Below, in pieces: positions 19,097 through 28,730 of a DNA stretch of 32,000 nt. The position numbers and the translations under genes were made by a program. The notes below the pieces were generated by a model that worked only from the letters and a program-made list of their open reading frames with translations, made no database searches and was not told the DNA's origin. This DNA comes from a cyanobacterium endosymbiont of Epithemia turgida isolate EtSB Lake Yunoko (GTDB taxonomy: Bacteria; Cyanobacteriota; Cyanobacteriia; Cyanobacteriales; Microcystaceae). Within the stretch, counting starts at the first letter, position 1; each line of letters begins with the position of its first letter. The stretch is taken from positions 173,397 to 205,396 of the forward strand of contig NZ_AP012549.1 of assembly GCF_000829235.1 (NCBI RefSeq), in the 5' to 3' direction.

Positions 19097-20596
19097 ATCT
19101 AGTTAGATGTTAAAATTTAAGTAAGTATCACCATATAATAACACTCGGATTTATAAACGGCTTTACTCTGACTTAATCTGGGATAATTAGGATCCTTTCT
19201 GAGAACTAATCATCAATAATCCTATAAAAATCAGTTATTTTAAAGATAAGTTAAAAAAAATAAACATCTGACTCATCGGGTAAAAATTATTACTATCATT
19301 GGTTCTGTAGGCAATTTTTAAACAAATAGTTAATGACCGAATAAATGTAACGAGGTTTAACTTTTTACCTGTAAGCAATGAAACTCGCACTTTTATGAGA
19401 TCTCTATTATGTGATCTTTTCTGAAAGATTGGAAACTTCTATCAATTTACTATTAATACTTACAGTGTCTCAAAATTCAGGTGTAACAAATTTTGGTGGA
19501 TAAATTCTCTTCGACCAAGAGAAGTTATTCCCTCTTGTTGATAAATAAAGTAATCAAGCGAATACCGCCTTAATTACTTTGAACTTATGGTCAAAATCTT
19601 GCTATTCAATCAAATATTAAGGTTAATATTTAAAGAAATTCAAAAACAGTGGGTTATCTACAAAATTGCTGAAAAAACTAACCTATTAAATCTTGATTCA
19701 TGTATTATTTCCATAATAGACCGAGACAAAAAAGAGTTTAGATTCAACTTATTTTAATAAATTCACTTATCATCTCTAAATTTTACTGAAAATAAATAAT
19801 ATTTGTATATTAACGAAATTGAATTAGTGTTTCGATTATTACAAAAATCAAGAAACACTAATCAGTAAATAATTTTAGAATAGATTATAGAAGACTATGA
19901 TAGTGTTATATTGACAAGGAGAGATTTAGGAGTAAAAATAATTTATTAACTAATTCCCGTGCTAAAAAAATAGACTGTTCAGTTATGTAATTATAAAAGA
20001 ATGCCCGCCATTACCGCTACCTAAATACTAGACAGCACATTTCATAACTTCTATCGGACTCGTGCTTAAACTATTAATTTTGCTGATGTTAAAGACTGTA
20101 TCATTTTCACTAAAGTGGTAAAAATTCTAGCTGCAATTACCCTCTTTGAAAGGTATTAAATTTTTTAAGACACTTCTCTAGACAAGATTAATGATACCGA
20201 AGCCTAAAATTGCGCTCTTATTATTTTCAATAAATCTTCAACTTACGGCATACCGTCACCCTTACAGGATAAAATAATCCCTTTTTATTAGTTTTAAGAA
20301 ATTATCTTCATTGGTCCATAATTATTATTATTTTCTATGAAAAAGTTTATTAACGTCTTGATTTGATTTAGGAACTGATTTTTGCTTAATTAAAGAGGAG
20401 GTATATTTTTTTACAATATTAGTTAGTCAAACAAACTTAAATTTATTTTATTTGAGACAATTTAACTTTAAACCAGGAAAGCTAGAATAGCTTTTACATT
20501 TTAGTAATACTATTAATTAATAAGTAAAACAATAAATAAGATTAAATAAATCTAAAACATTAAAATGATTAAAAAGAGCAAATACGCCAATGTTTC

Positions 20597-20809
20597 TGAG
20601 AATCAATTCTTAAGTTTTCTTGATACAAATAACCGTATTAGGTGTATAAAGATGTTCTCTAAAAGTTTAGTTACCAATCGAGCTAAAAATCAATAAAAAT
20701 AGGGTATGTATTCAACTAAGGAACTCGATAAAAGTTTTCAATCTCTACTTTTCATCAACTCTCTAATATTCGATATTAATTTATTGAAGAATTTTAATGT
20801 CTAATGTTT
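20597..20809 (-). pseudogene. Degenerate tandem duplicate of the last ~70 codons of hemH
   Basis: Nucleotide similarity to 20810-21022 is visible by eye at an offset of 212-215 nt. One example is TTTAGTTACCAATCGAGCTAAAAATCAATAAAAATAGGGT against TTTAGTCACCAGTCGAGCTAAAGAATCAATAAAAATAGGGT. The minus-strand translation is riddled with stops and shifts: TLKFFNKLISNIRELMKSRD*KLLSSSLVEYIPYFY*FLARLVTKLLENIF... The intact copy reads [50 protein letters not shown]... Confidence 0.75.
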
Positions 20810-21838
20810 TTAGGGACAAATTTTTATTTTTTTTAAACGAATAACTGTATCAAAAGTACAAGGAGGTTCTTTAAGAGATTTAGTCACCAGTCGAGCTAAA
20901 GAATCAATAAAAATAGGGTGGGTATTTAACGCAGGCACTCGATAAAAGTTTTTAATCCCTGCTTTTTTAGCAATTTCTCGATATTCAATATCAATTTCTT
21001 GAAGAGTTTCAATATGTTCTGAAACAAAACTGATAGGAACTACTAATAAGTCTTTGACTCCTTTTTTCCCTAATTCTTTTAAAGAATCTTCTGTGTAAGG
21101 TTTGAGCCATTCTATCGGACCAACTCGACTTTGATAAGCCAGAGTGAAATCATTTGGCCGATTGAGGGTTTTCATGATTAAGTGAGTACAAGCTTCAATT
21201 TCTGCTTGATAGGGATCTCCGGCTTTGTCAACATAACTTTGAGGGACTCCATGAGCACTGAAGAAAATATGGATATGACAAGGATTTTCACATTTATCTA
21301 ATTCTTGAGTAATTAAATCGGCCATCGCTGTTAAATAATCAGGATGATCATACCATGAGGCAATCAAAGTATAGTTAATTTGTGTAAGATTACTATCAGA
21401 TTGCCACATTTTTTCAAGCACTTGAAAGCTGGATCCACTGGTGCTGATGGAATATTGAGGATACAAAGGAAAAATGACTAAACGCTCTATTCTGTCTCGT
21501 TTGATGTGATTGATTGCCTCTTCAGTAAAGGGGTGCCAATAACGCATCCCAATATAAATTTGAGCATCTTGACCAATTTCTGCTAATTTTTTCCCGAGAG
21601 CTTTTCCTTGAGCTTCAGTAATTCTTCTCAAAGGGGAACCTCCTCCAATTTTTTCATAATTTTTCTTAGATTTTTCACTTCTTAGTAGAGAAATTAACCA
21701 AGCTAAGGGCTTTTGTAACCAAGGGAAAGGTAATCGAATGATTTCTGGGTCAGAAAATAGATTGAACAAAAAGGGGCGAACATCTTGTAACTGTTCCGGA
21801 CCCCCTAAATTTAGTAATAAAACCCCGACGCGATCCAT
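20810..21838 (-). CDS. hemH: Ferrochelatase (catalytic core only; no C-terminal CAB helix)
   Basis: The conserved start is [38 protein letters not shown]. The motifs [17 protein letters not shown] and [18 protein letters not shown] are present. The start is placed at the ATG at 21838, because the 45 upstream codons of the tracked ORF have no ferrochelatase counterpart. This gives 342 aa ending ...[20 protein letters not shown]. Confidence 0.9.
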   Translation of the reverse strand: MDRVGVLLLNLGGPEQLQDVRPFLFNLFSDPEIIRLPFPWLQKPLAWLISLLRSEKSKKNYEKIGGGSPLRRITEAQGKALGKKLAEIGQDAQIYIGMRYWHPFTEEAINHIKRDRIERLVIFPLYPQYSISTSGSSFQVLEKMWQSDSNLTQINYTLIASWYDHPDYLTAMADLITQELDKCENPCHIHIFFSAHGVPQSYVDKAGDPYQAEIEACTHLIMKTLNRPNDFTLAYQSRVGPIEWLKPYTEDSLKELGKKGVKDLLVVPISFVSEHIETLQEIDIEYREIAKKAGIKNFYRVPALNTHPIFIDSLARLVTKSLKEPPCTFDTVIRLKKIKICP

Positions 21839-21965
21839 AATTTTATGTAGATAAATAACATTTTCGGATTCTTTGTTAAGTTTAACAATATATAGGCTCA
21901 ATATTGAGATTTCAATGACAAAATATTCATAATCTAGTGAGTTACATAAGTTAGGGGGTAACGAG

Positions 21966-22599
21966 TTGGTCACAATTTTAAAGACCTGGAGTCATCAATA
22001 TTCTTGGTTGCATAACACTATTTCCCGTTTAGTATCCCTAAGTGTCGAAGGTGAAAGGAAGTTTTTTTACCTTACCATTGAAAATGTTCCTCTGAAGTCT
22101 GATACTAAGATTTTAGATTTATGTTATGGCGGAGGTAAAGCCACTAACTTTTTTTCTACTAAAACAACCAGACTTAACGTTTTATTAACTCCTCTTTATC
22201 AAACAGTTAAAGCAGTTTTTGAGGCTAATTATTTTGGCGAGCGAGCTAAACAAATGCCTTTTGCTCAATTTAAATTTGGTTGAGTTAATACCAGATTTGC
22301 TTTTATTGTTCTCCACAAAATGTAAGCCAAGCAGCTTGAAGAAATTTTTAAAAGTTTATCAGGTTCTTAACACTGAAAGTTTTGTTGCTGTAACTGACTT
22401 ACATAAGCCGACTAACCGTTTCGTTTATTTTGTCCATCTCTAACTATTTTTATATGAATAGTGAATATTTGAAATGAAGACAGCCTAAAAGTTACTCAAC
22501 ACTTACTTAGTGACAAAGTTAACTTCAGTAGTTTTTCGAGCTTATCAACAACGACTTTATGGAGGAGGAAGTTTGCAAGTAATTCAAGTTAAGAAATAA
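21966..22599 (+). pseudogene. Class-I SAM-dependent methyltransferase pseudogene (in-frame stops plus frameshift)
   Basis: Fragment 1 (21966-22283) contains [20 protein letters not shown] and a degraded motif I, ILDLCYGGGKATNF. The same frame continues through stops: MPFAQFKFG*VNTRFAFIVLHKM*AKQLEEIF. Similarity then moves to another frame, KKFLKVYQVLNTESFVAVTDLHKPTN (a degraded RVLKPGG-type motif). A third frame ends QQRLYGGGSLQVIQVKK* at 22599. Confidence 0.65.
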
Positions 22600-22642
22600 G
22601 ATTGAAAATGATCCCTCCATTATCATTGAGGTAAATAAACGA

Positions 22643-23200
22643 ATGTCCAAGACCAAATTACTACAACCTGATTTAGTTTTGGGAGATACTATTCTCGGTC
22701 TAACACCAGAAATTCTTACCTATTATCACATTCAAGGATTAGTCTTGGATGTAGACGAAACTTTGGTTTCCCTCCAACAGAGCCAAGTGTCCCAAGAACT
22801 TGAGCAATGGATAAAAACTATTAGACAAATCACTCCCATTTGGCTAGTTAGTAATAATTTAAGTGAAGGTCGCATTAAGAGAATTGCTAATACTTTAACC
22901 TTGCCTTATCTATTAAGAGCGGTAAAGCCTTCTCGACGCAAATTACGGCAGGCTGTCCAGGCAATGCAACTCCCAGTTAATGGTGTAGCTATGGTAGGTG
23001 ATCGCTTATTTACTGATGTTTTAGCTGGTAATCGTTTAGGAATGTTTACCATCCTCGTCAAGCCTATAGCAGATACTGCTGTAGTTGATCGCTACTACCC
23101 AATTCACAATTTCGAAATCTGGCTGTCTCAAATTTTGGGGGTATCTCTGATAGTCCCAAAATTTGAATTTACTAAAAACGATCAATCTTTAAAACACTAG
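22643..23200 (+). CDS. YqeG-family HAD-IIIA phosphatase
   Basis: The ORF is 185 aa. HAD motif I is GLVLDVDETLV, motif II is WLVSNN, and motif IV is MVGDRLFTDVLAGNRLGMFTILVKP. Confidence 0.8.
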   Translation: MSKTKLLQPDLVLGDTILGLTPEILTYYHIQGLVLDVDETLVSLQQSQVSQELEQWIKTIRQITPIWLVSNNLSEGRIKRIANTLTLPYLLRAVKPSRRKLRQAVQAMQLPVNGVAMVGDRLFTDVLAGNRLGMFTILVKPIADTAVVDRYYPIHNFEIWLSQILGVSLIVPKFEFTKNDQSLKH

Positions 23201-23863
23201 GCTAATTCTGAATAACTTGATTTACTACTTTAGGTTAACTTTTTTGAGGAGAATTTAATCCTACCATCCTCAACAAATACTAGCCCTTACTTTAAAAGCT
23301 CCAACAATAGTTTGATATGATACAACCAATATCAAAGTCTATTGTTTGAGAAGCTGTTTTTTTCCAAAAAACATATCCTGTGAGATACAACATCTACATC
23401 TTTATTTATAGCGTAACCAGATTTCATCTACAATCAAGGTAAACAAATCAATATTTACTGCTAGCAGGTTAAATATTTTAAATCAAACGGATCAGTGTCT
23501 CAGTTTTGTTATATTTTTTATCAAAGTACCTTTTTTTGTTTCCTTAATATTTATGAGGCAATTTTCATGCTTATTTTCAAATATTAAGTAAAATTTAAAC
23601 ATTTTTCAAAATTTTTATGTATAAAATAAAATATTTTTTTACTCTCGTAATAGGTTCTGTTTTTTTGTTAATCAAACACGTCTGTTCAACAGAACATACT
23701 TATCATTAAGTTATTGTGATGTTTAGTGAAAGTCTTCTAATTAAGATTTTTAAGTTACGGCTGTCGCAGTATTTTTCGATTTAATTGACTTTGATAGCCT
23801 GTTGGTCTCTGTGTCAATATTTGAGGGTAACTCATTGCCATTCCCCAACAAATATGTATGCTC

Positions 23864-23911
23864 TAATCTCTTTAATGAGAACTTGTGGTCATGTTCTCAT
23901 TGAAGAGATTA
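23864..23911. repeat. 19-bp inverted repeat with one T:G position, 10-nt loop
   Basis: TAATCTCTTTAATGAGAAC (23864-23882) pairs with GTTCTCATTGAAGAGATTA (23893-23911). There is a single T:G opposition, which would be a wobble in RNA. Confidence 0.75.
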
Positions 23912-24205
23912 AAGTTGTGGGATTTATAGCATCACATTAAGCTAATTTTAACTGTTAGCATCTTCTTTCGAATATTTTGGTAATGATGTAGGCGTAGAAT
24001 AAATAAAGGACGAAGATTTATTTCCCGGATAGCCTTGATCATATTTATTGATGGATGGTTATCAGACTGTATATATATATTTCACATGATTATAGAAAGC
24101 CGATGTTGGTCATTTATAAAAGAGCTCTGTGATCAGAGATAAATTAAAACTTACAGAGACATTTAGTCAGATATCTCTATAGTAGATTGCTAACAGAAAA
24201 ATTTT

Positions 24206-25195
24206 TTAACTTGTTAGTAAAGATTTTAATTCCTCAGTAGTTAAACGAGGTCCATAACTAGTAACAATACGAGAAGAAGCCCGTGAAGCAAGATCGCCTG
24301 CCTGGACATAGGTCATTCCGTGGGTGATCCCATAAAGAAATGCTCCCGCATACATATCTCCTGCACCAACGGTATCAATAGCCCGAACAGGATAAGGAGC
24401 AATTTCAACTAATATTTGACCATCAAAAACTAATGATCCCTTCGATCCACGGGTGATAGCAAACCCCTTAGCTATAGTTTTTAAATAAGCGATCATCTCG
24501 GAAAAATCTTTTGTATTAGATATTTTTACAGCTTCTGCTTCATTAGTAAAAATAAAATCTAACCCAGAGCCAATAATCTCTAATAGCTCATTTTTAAAAA
24601 ACTCCACTATGTTTGGATCAGATAAGGAAAAAGTGGTTTTTACTCCTGAAGCTTCTGCAATTTCCCTAGCTTTCATAGCTGCTGCTTGAGCAGTTGAAGA
24701 AGTGACTAAATATCCTTCCAGGTAAAGATATTCAGAGTCAGAGATTGCTTCGAATACTAGTTCTTGTTCAGAAAAATTGCTCGAAATACCTAAAAATGTA
24801 TTCATAGTGCGATCAGCATCAGGAGTTACCATAACTATGCATTTTCCGGTAGTTCCCTCTTCGCCATCGCCATTGTGTTCATTTGTATCTAACCCACACT
24901 TGCGTAGGTCTTCTAAATAAAATTTTCCTGCTTTATCTGCCGCCACTTTACAAGAATAAAACCCGTTACCACCGAATTGATTAATAGCTATCATGGTATT
25001 AGTAGCAGAGCCTCCACTACTTTGTTTACACGGTTGTCCATTGAGCTTCTTTATCAACTCCTCTTGAAAGACTTCATCTACAAGAGTCATGACACCTTTA
25101 TCAATATTTAATCTCTGAAGTAATTCTGGTGAAACTTTAAATTCTATATCTACTAAAGCGTTACCAGCACCATAAACATGATATTTTTTCTGCAT
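24206..25195 (-). CDS. PfkB-family kinase, adenosine kinase-like
   Basis: The ORF is 329 aa. The N-terminal sequence is [12 protein letters not shown]. The PfkB signature 2 / anion-hole sequence is [16 protein letters not shown]. The overall layout matches cyanobacterial adenosine kinases. Confidence 0.78.
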   Translation of the reverse strand: MQKKYHVYGAGNALVDIEFKVSPELLQRLNIDKGVMTLVDEVFQEELIKKLNGQPCKQSSGGSATNTMIAINQFGGNGFYSCKVAADKAGKFYLEDLRKCGLDTNEHNGDGEEGTTGKCIVMVTPDADRTMNTFLGISSNFSEQELVFEAISDSEYLYLEGYLVTSSTAQAAAMKAREIAEASGVKTTFSLSDPNIVEFFKNELLEIIGSGLDFIFTNEAEAVKISNTKDFSEMIAYLKTIAKGFAITRGSKGSLVFDGQILVEIAPYPVRAIDTVGAGDMYAGAFLYGITHGMTYVQAGDLASRASSRIVTSYGPRLTTEELKSLLTS

Positions 25196-25378
25196 GAATG
25201 CTTTCTTGTCTTATGACAAACCTCTAAAATGTTTAATTATATTTTAGTCCAACATAGAGTATTCGCATTATAATTTTGGTCAGTTTAGCAATAAACAAGA
25301 TTTAAGATAAACTACTAATTAAAGTAAAAAATAGCTATGTTTATAGAAAAAATTGATATAAATAGCTAAAATAATTAA

Positions 25379-25435
25379 ATTTTTTTGATTATAGATTTAT
25401 CAATATTTAAAGTTAATAAATCTATAATCAAAAAA
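25379..25435. repeat. Perfect 20-bp inverted repeat with 17-nt loop
   Basis: TTTTTTTGATTATAGATTTA (25379-25398) is the exact reverse complement of TAAATCTATAATCAAAAAAA (25416-25435). Confidence 0.85.
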
Positions 25436-26136
25436 ATCATAACTAAGTTTAAATAACTCAAGTAAAACTTGAATTTTAAGTGTAAATAGATTTCACTATT
25501 AGGTTTTTATTTTATTACTGTAAAAATGATCTGAAATAGTTTAAATTTAAAGCTTAGTTTGATCGATGATAACAATCAATGAATAAGAAGTATATATATA
25601 GCTAAACAATAATTGTTTTTAGTTTAAAGGCGGATAACATTTAAAAAATAATTAAGCTATCCAAAATTAATTAACGTGATATTTTTTATTATTTTAAACA
25701 AAAAATTATTCAAATTATATTTATTTAGATAATAAACAGCTTAACTTGTGCGTATATAGTGTTTCCTGATAATTACTAATTTAATAATTGTAGTTATTTT
25801 GTCCTAAATTTATTGTGTAATTAGTTGATAAGATTTTTAAAATCTATAACTGAATCAATTGAAATATCACTAAATTAGAAGGATTTAATAAAAATTAAAT
25901 ACTGTCAGCTATTTTTAGTTACAGAAATTGTTTGTTCTTTGATAAAATAGTTTATTTGTTTACGGAAACTACAGTCATTTAATAGACTTACATAATGCTT
26001 TCTCTTCTTTATCTATGATTCAAAAACAAAGGAGAAAAAACAAATACCAAAATCCCTGCCTTTTCTCCCTATTTAAGTCTTAAGTGACTTAAGGCAAAAT
26101 CCTGCTAATTTTAACTAGAAAATGCCTAAAATAATG

Positions 26137-27429
26137 TTATTGACTTATGGCCTGAACGTTGCTTTCTTTAGAGTTCGTTATTTGTTGTTTAAGTACTTCA
26201 AACGCTTTATTAAACTGGGGATCACCAAAACTTCCGATTCGCTCGCGATCTTGTTGAAGAGCTTTGCGTTCGTCGTTGCTCAATTCAAATATAACATCAG
26301 GGTCGATACCTTGTTTATTAATATCTCGACCATTGGGAGTGAGATACTTAGCGATGGTCACAGCTAACCCAGAACCATCTCCTAATCCCCGAACAGATTG
26401 CACTAAACCCTTACCAAAAGTCTGCGTTCCTACAATCATAGCGCGTCTATGATCTTGTAAAGCTCCTGACAAAATTTCACTGGCACTCGCTGAACCACCA
26501 TCCACTAGCACCACTAGGGGTTTATCTGTTAAGGCACGATTACTAGCTCGTTGTTGCTCTTCTTGTCCACCACGGTTAACTGTTGAGACAATTTTTCCTT
26601 CATCAAGCCACATCCGAGCAATTTCAATGCTTGAATATAACAGTCCTCCAGGGTTGGAACGAAGGTCTAAAATATAACCGTTAACCTGTTCGGCTTCTAA
26701 ATTTTTAATAGCCTCTCGCATTTCTTGACCAGCTTGACTACTAAATTGAGTCAGACGGATATAGCCAATTAACCCAATAGGAGTTTGTTGAGAACGAGAG
26801 CGAACAGGGTTTAGCTCTATGCGCGCCCTGACAAGGGAATAATCAGTTTCTTCAGCACTACGACGAATAGTTAAAGTTACTTCACTACCTGGTTTACCCC
26901 GAATTAACTTAACGGCATCTCCGACATCCATACCCTTAGTAATCTTGCCATTAATTTTTGTAATAACATCTTTAGATAAAATTCCGGCCTTAAATGCCGG
27001 AGTATTTTCAATTGGGGCAACTACCATCAATTCGTTAGTTTCTTCATCTTTAGTAATTTGAATACCTACTCCAGTTAATTCTCCTGAAGTATCAATTTGC
27101 ATATTCTTGAATTCTTCAGGATCCATAAATCGAGTATATGGATCTTCAAGCCTTTCGAGCATTTCTCTAATCGCCTTATAAGCCTCCTTTTTATCTCCAT
27201 AAGGACGCTTTAAATATTCCTGACGAATAGCTCGCCAATCTACCTGATTAAACGTTACGTCAACATAGGTCCGGTTAATTATCTGCCAGACTTCATCAAC
27301 TAATTCTTTTGGATTATCTTGAAAAAAGGCTTGACTCTGGGAGAAGCGTAGTCCTCCACCTGTGACTGCAACCGCAGTTAGGACAGCCACAGTCGCGCTG
27401 AGAATTAGTCCGCGTTTTTTATTAACCAT
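26137..27429 (-). CDS. Carboxyl-terminal processing protease, S41 family (Ctp)
   Basis: The ORF is 430 aa with an N-terminal signal/anchor and a PDZ region (GVGIQI...APIENTPAFKAGI). The catalytic Ser context is VDGGSASASEILSGAL and the catalytic Lys context is TFGKGLVQS. I cannot tell which Ctp paralog (A, B or C) this is from sequence alone. Confidence 0.9.
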   Translation of the reverse strand: MVNKKRGLILSATVAVLTAVAVTGGGLRFSQSQAFFQDNPKELVDEVWQIINRTYVDVTFNQVDWRAIRQEYLKRPYGDKKEAYKAIREMLERLEDPYTRFMDPEEFKNMQIDTSGELTGVGIQITKDEETNELMVVAPIENTPAFKAGILSKDVITKINGKITKGMDVGDAVKLIRGKPGSEVTLTIRRSAEETDYSLVRARIELNPVRSRSQQTPIGLIGYIRLTQFSSQAGQEMREAIKNLEAEQVNGYILDLRSNPGGLLYSSIEIARMWLDEGKIVSTVNRGGQEEQQRASNRALTDKPLVVLVDGGSASASEILSGALQDHRRAMIVGTQTFGKGLVQSVRGLGDGSGLAVTIAKYLTPNGRDINKQGIDPDVIFELSNDERKALQQDRERIGSFGDPQFNKAFEVLKQQITNSKESNVQAISQ

Positions 27430-27633
27430 AAGCCTAGAATTTATGCAAAGATAAAAGGGTAAAGAGATTTTTACTAACTGAGTGTCAATTGTGATACTTA
27501 AACCTGATAGTCCAACTTGATATATCTTCTACTATTAAGTTGTTTAGTTCATAGGAACATACAGTTGGTTATTTTAAAATTAGAGTACTTTCCTCTAGTT
27601 ATAACATTTTTTTAAAGCAGATACAGGCATCCT

Positions 27634-28413
27634 ATGATGAATAACATGCCCATTGATATGAATTCTTTGAAAAGTAAGCGACAAACTTTACGTGTTCAGC
27701 GAAGATTCAAGGCATGGCAAAGTGTATGGCGTTTTTTAGCCCTTTTGGGAATGATGGGAGGATTAATTTGGATGCTTAGTTGGCCTCATTGGGTCATCAA
27801 AGATAAATCACAAATTAAGATTGTAGGAAATCAACTATTGTCTTCAGAGAAAATTCGGCAGCTTCTTAAACTATCTTATCCTCAATCTATCTGGCAACTC
27901 CCCCTTCATGAATTGACCCAACAATTGAAGGCAGAACCCCCATTGAAAGATATTCATCTTACTCGTCAACTTTTTCCAACCCAGATAACTGTTACCGTCA
28001 AAGAACGACAACCTATTGCTATGGGGACTTCTTCTCAAGGAGATGGCTATCTCGATGCCGCGGGGGTCTGGATTCCTAAGAAGTTCTATAAAAAAGATAC
28101 GAAAATTGAAACAGAACAAGACCTCACGGTCCTCGGTTTTGAGCCTCAGTACCGTTCCTATTGGCTTGAAATATATCACCTAATTCTTCAGTCTCCTATC
28201 AACGTTATGGCAGTAGATTGGCGAGACCCAAGTAATCTGATTTTAAAAACTGAATTGGGAACTGTTTATTTTGGACCTTATGGCAATCGCTTTCGGGAAC
28301 AATTGCGGATTTTGGCTAAAATGAGAGAAATTTCCTCGCATATTCCTCCAAACCGGGGTTTTTACTTAGATGTGACCAATCCTCGGTCTCCTTCAGTTCG
28401 TCTAGTGCCTTAG
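27634..28413 (+). CDS. ftsQ: Cell division protein FtsQ/DivIB
   Basis: The ORF is 259 aa with a basic N-terminus and a single TM helix (FLALLGMMGGLIWMLSW). A POTRA-like segment (IKIVGNQLLSSEKIRQLL...HLTRQLFPTQITVTVKERQPIA) follows. It sits directly upstream of ftsZ, as is usual in cyanobacteria. Confidence 0.8.
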   Translation: MMNNMPIDMNSLKSKRQTLRVQRRFKAWQSVWRFLALLGMMGGLIWMLSWPHWVIKDKSQIKIVGNQLLSSEKIRQLLKLSYPQSIWQLPLHELTQQLKAEPPLKDIHLTRQLFPTQITVTVKERQPIAMGTSSQGDGYLDAAGVWIPKKFYKKDTKIETEQDLTVLGFEPQYRSYWLEIYHLILQSPINVMAVDWRDPSNLILKTELGTVYFGPYGNRFREQLRILAKMREISSHIPPNRGFYLDVTNPRSPSVRLVP

Positions 28414-28730
28414 TATAAATTTGCTGCATTAATTACGTTAATTTTGAACTATTTATTTACTATTTTAAACTGTATTATTAAAGATTTCTCACTTGACTTT
28501 TAACAAAAACAATTATGCTTGTAGTATATAAGGGTTGAAAACTTCAGATTTTTAGGATATGAGATAGTATAAATTTACGTGATATAGTAAGTTTTATATT
28601 ACATATAGGTGAATATTCAATTTATTATATATGTATACTAAATTATAATCTAATTAGCTATATTTGATAGTAATTAAACATACTGTTGTTTAATGATTTT
28701 TAATTATTCCTAATTACCCATTAATATAAA

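Noticed and set aside
19493-19510. Single DnaA-box-like 9-mer (TTATCCACC on the minus strand)
   Set aside because: It is one imperfect box with no cluster of boxes nearby. That is not evidence for an origin.
21839-21973. 45-codon N-terminal extension of the tracked hemH ORF
   Set aside because: Ferrochelatase homology starts at [14 protein letters not shown] (ATG at 21838). The extension is AT-rich, has no counterpart in the family, and would overlap the divergent pseudogene.
24125-24138. CTCTG-TGAT-CAGAG hairpin about 70 nt past the adenosine kinase stop, followed on the minus strand by CTCTTTTAT
   Set aside because: The stem is only 5 bp. It is a plausible weak terminator but not supportable without 3'-end data.
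26122-26452. Two plus-strand ORFs (81 aa and 62 aa)
   Set aside because: Both lie antisense to the well-supported S41 protease gene. They have low-complexity or odd composition and no motifs.
27871-28179. 102-aa minus-strand ORF
   Set aside because: It lies antisense inside ftsQ and has no recognisable domain.
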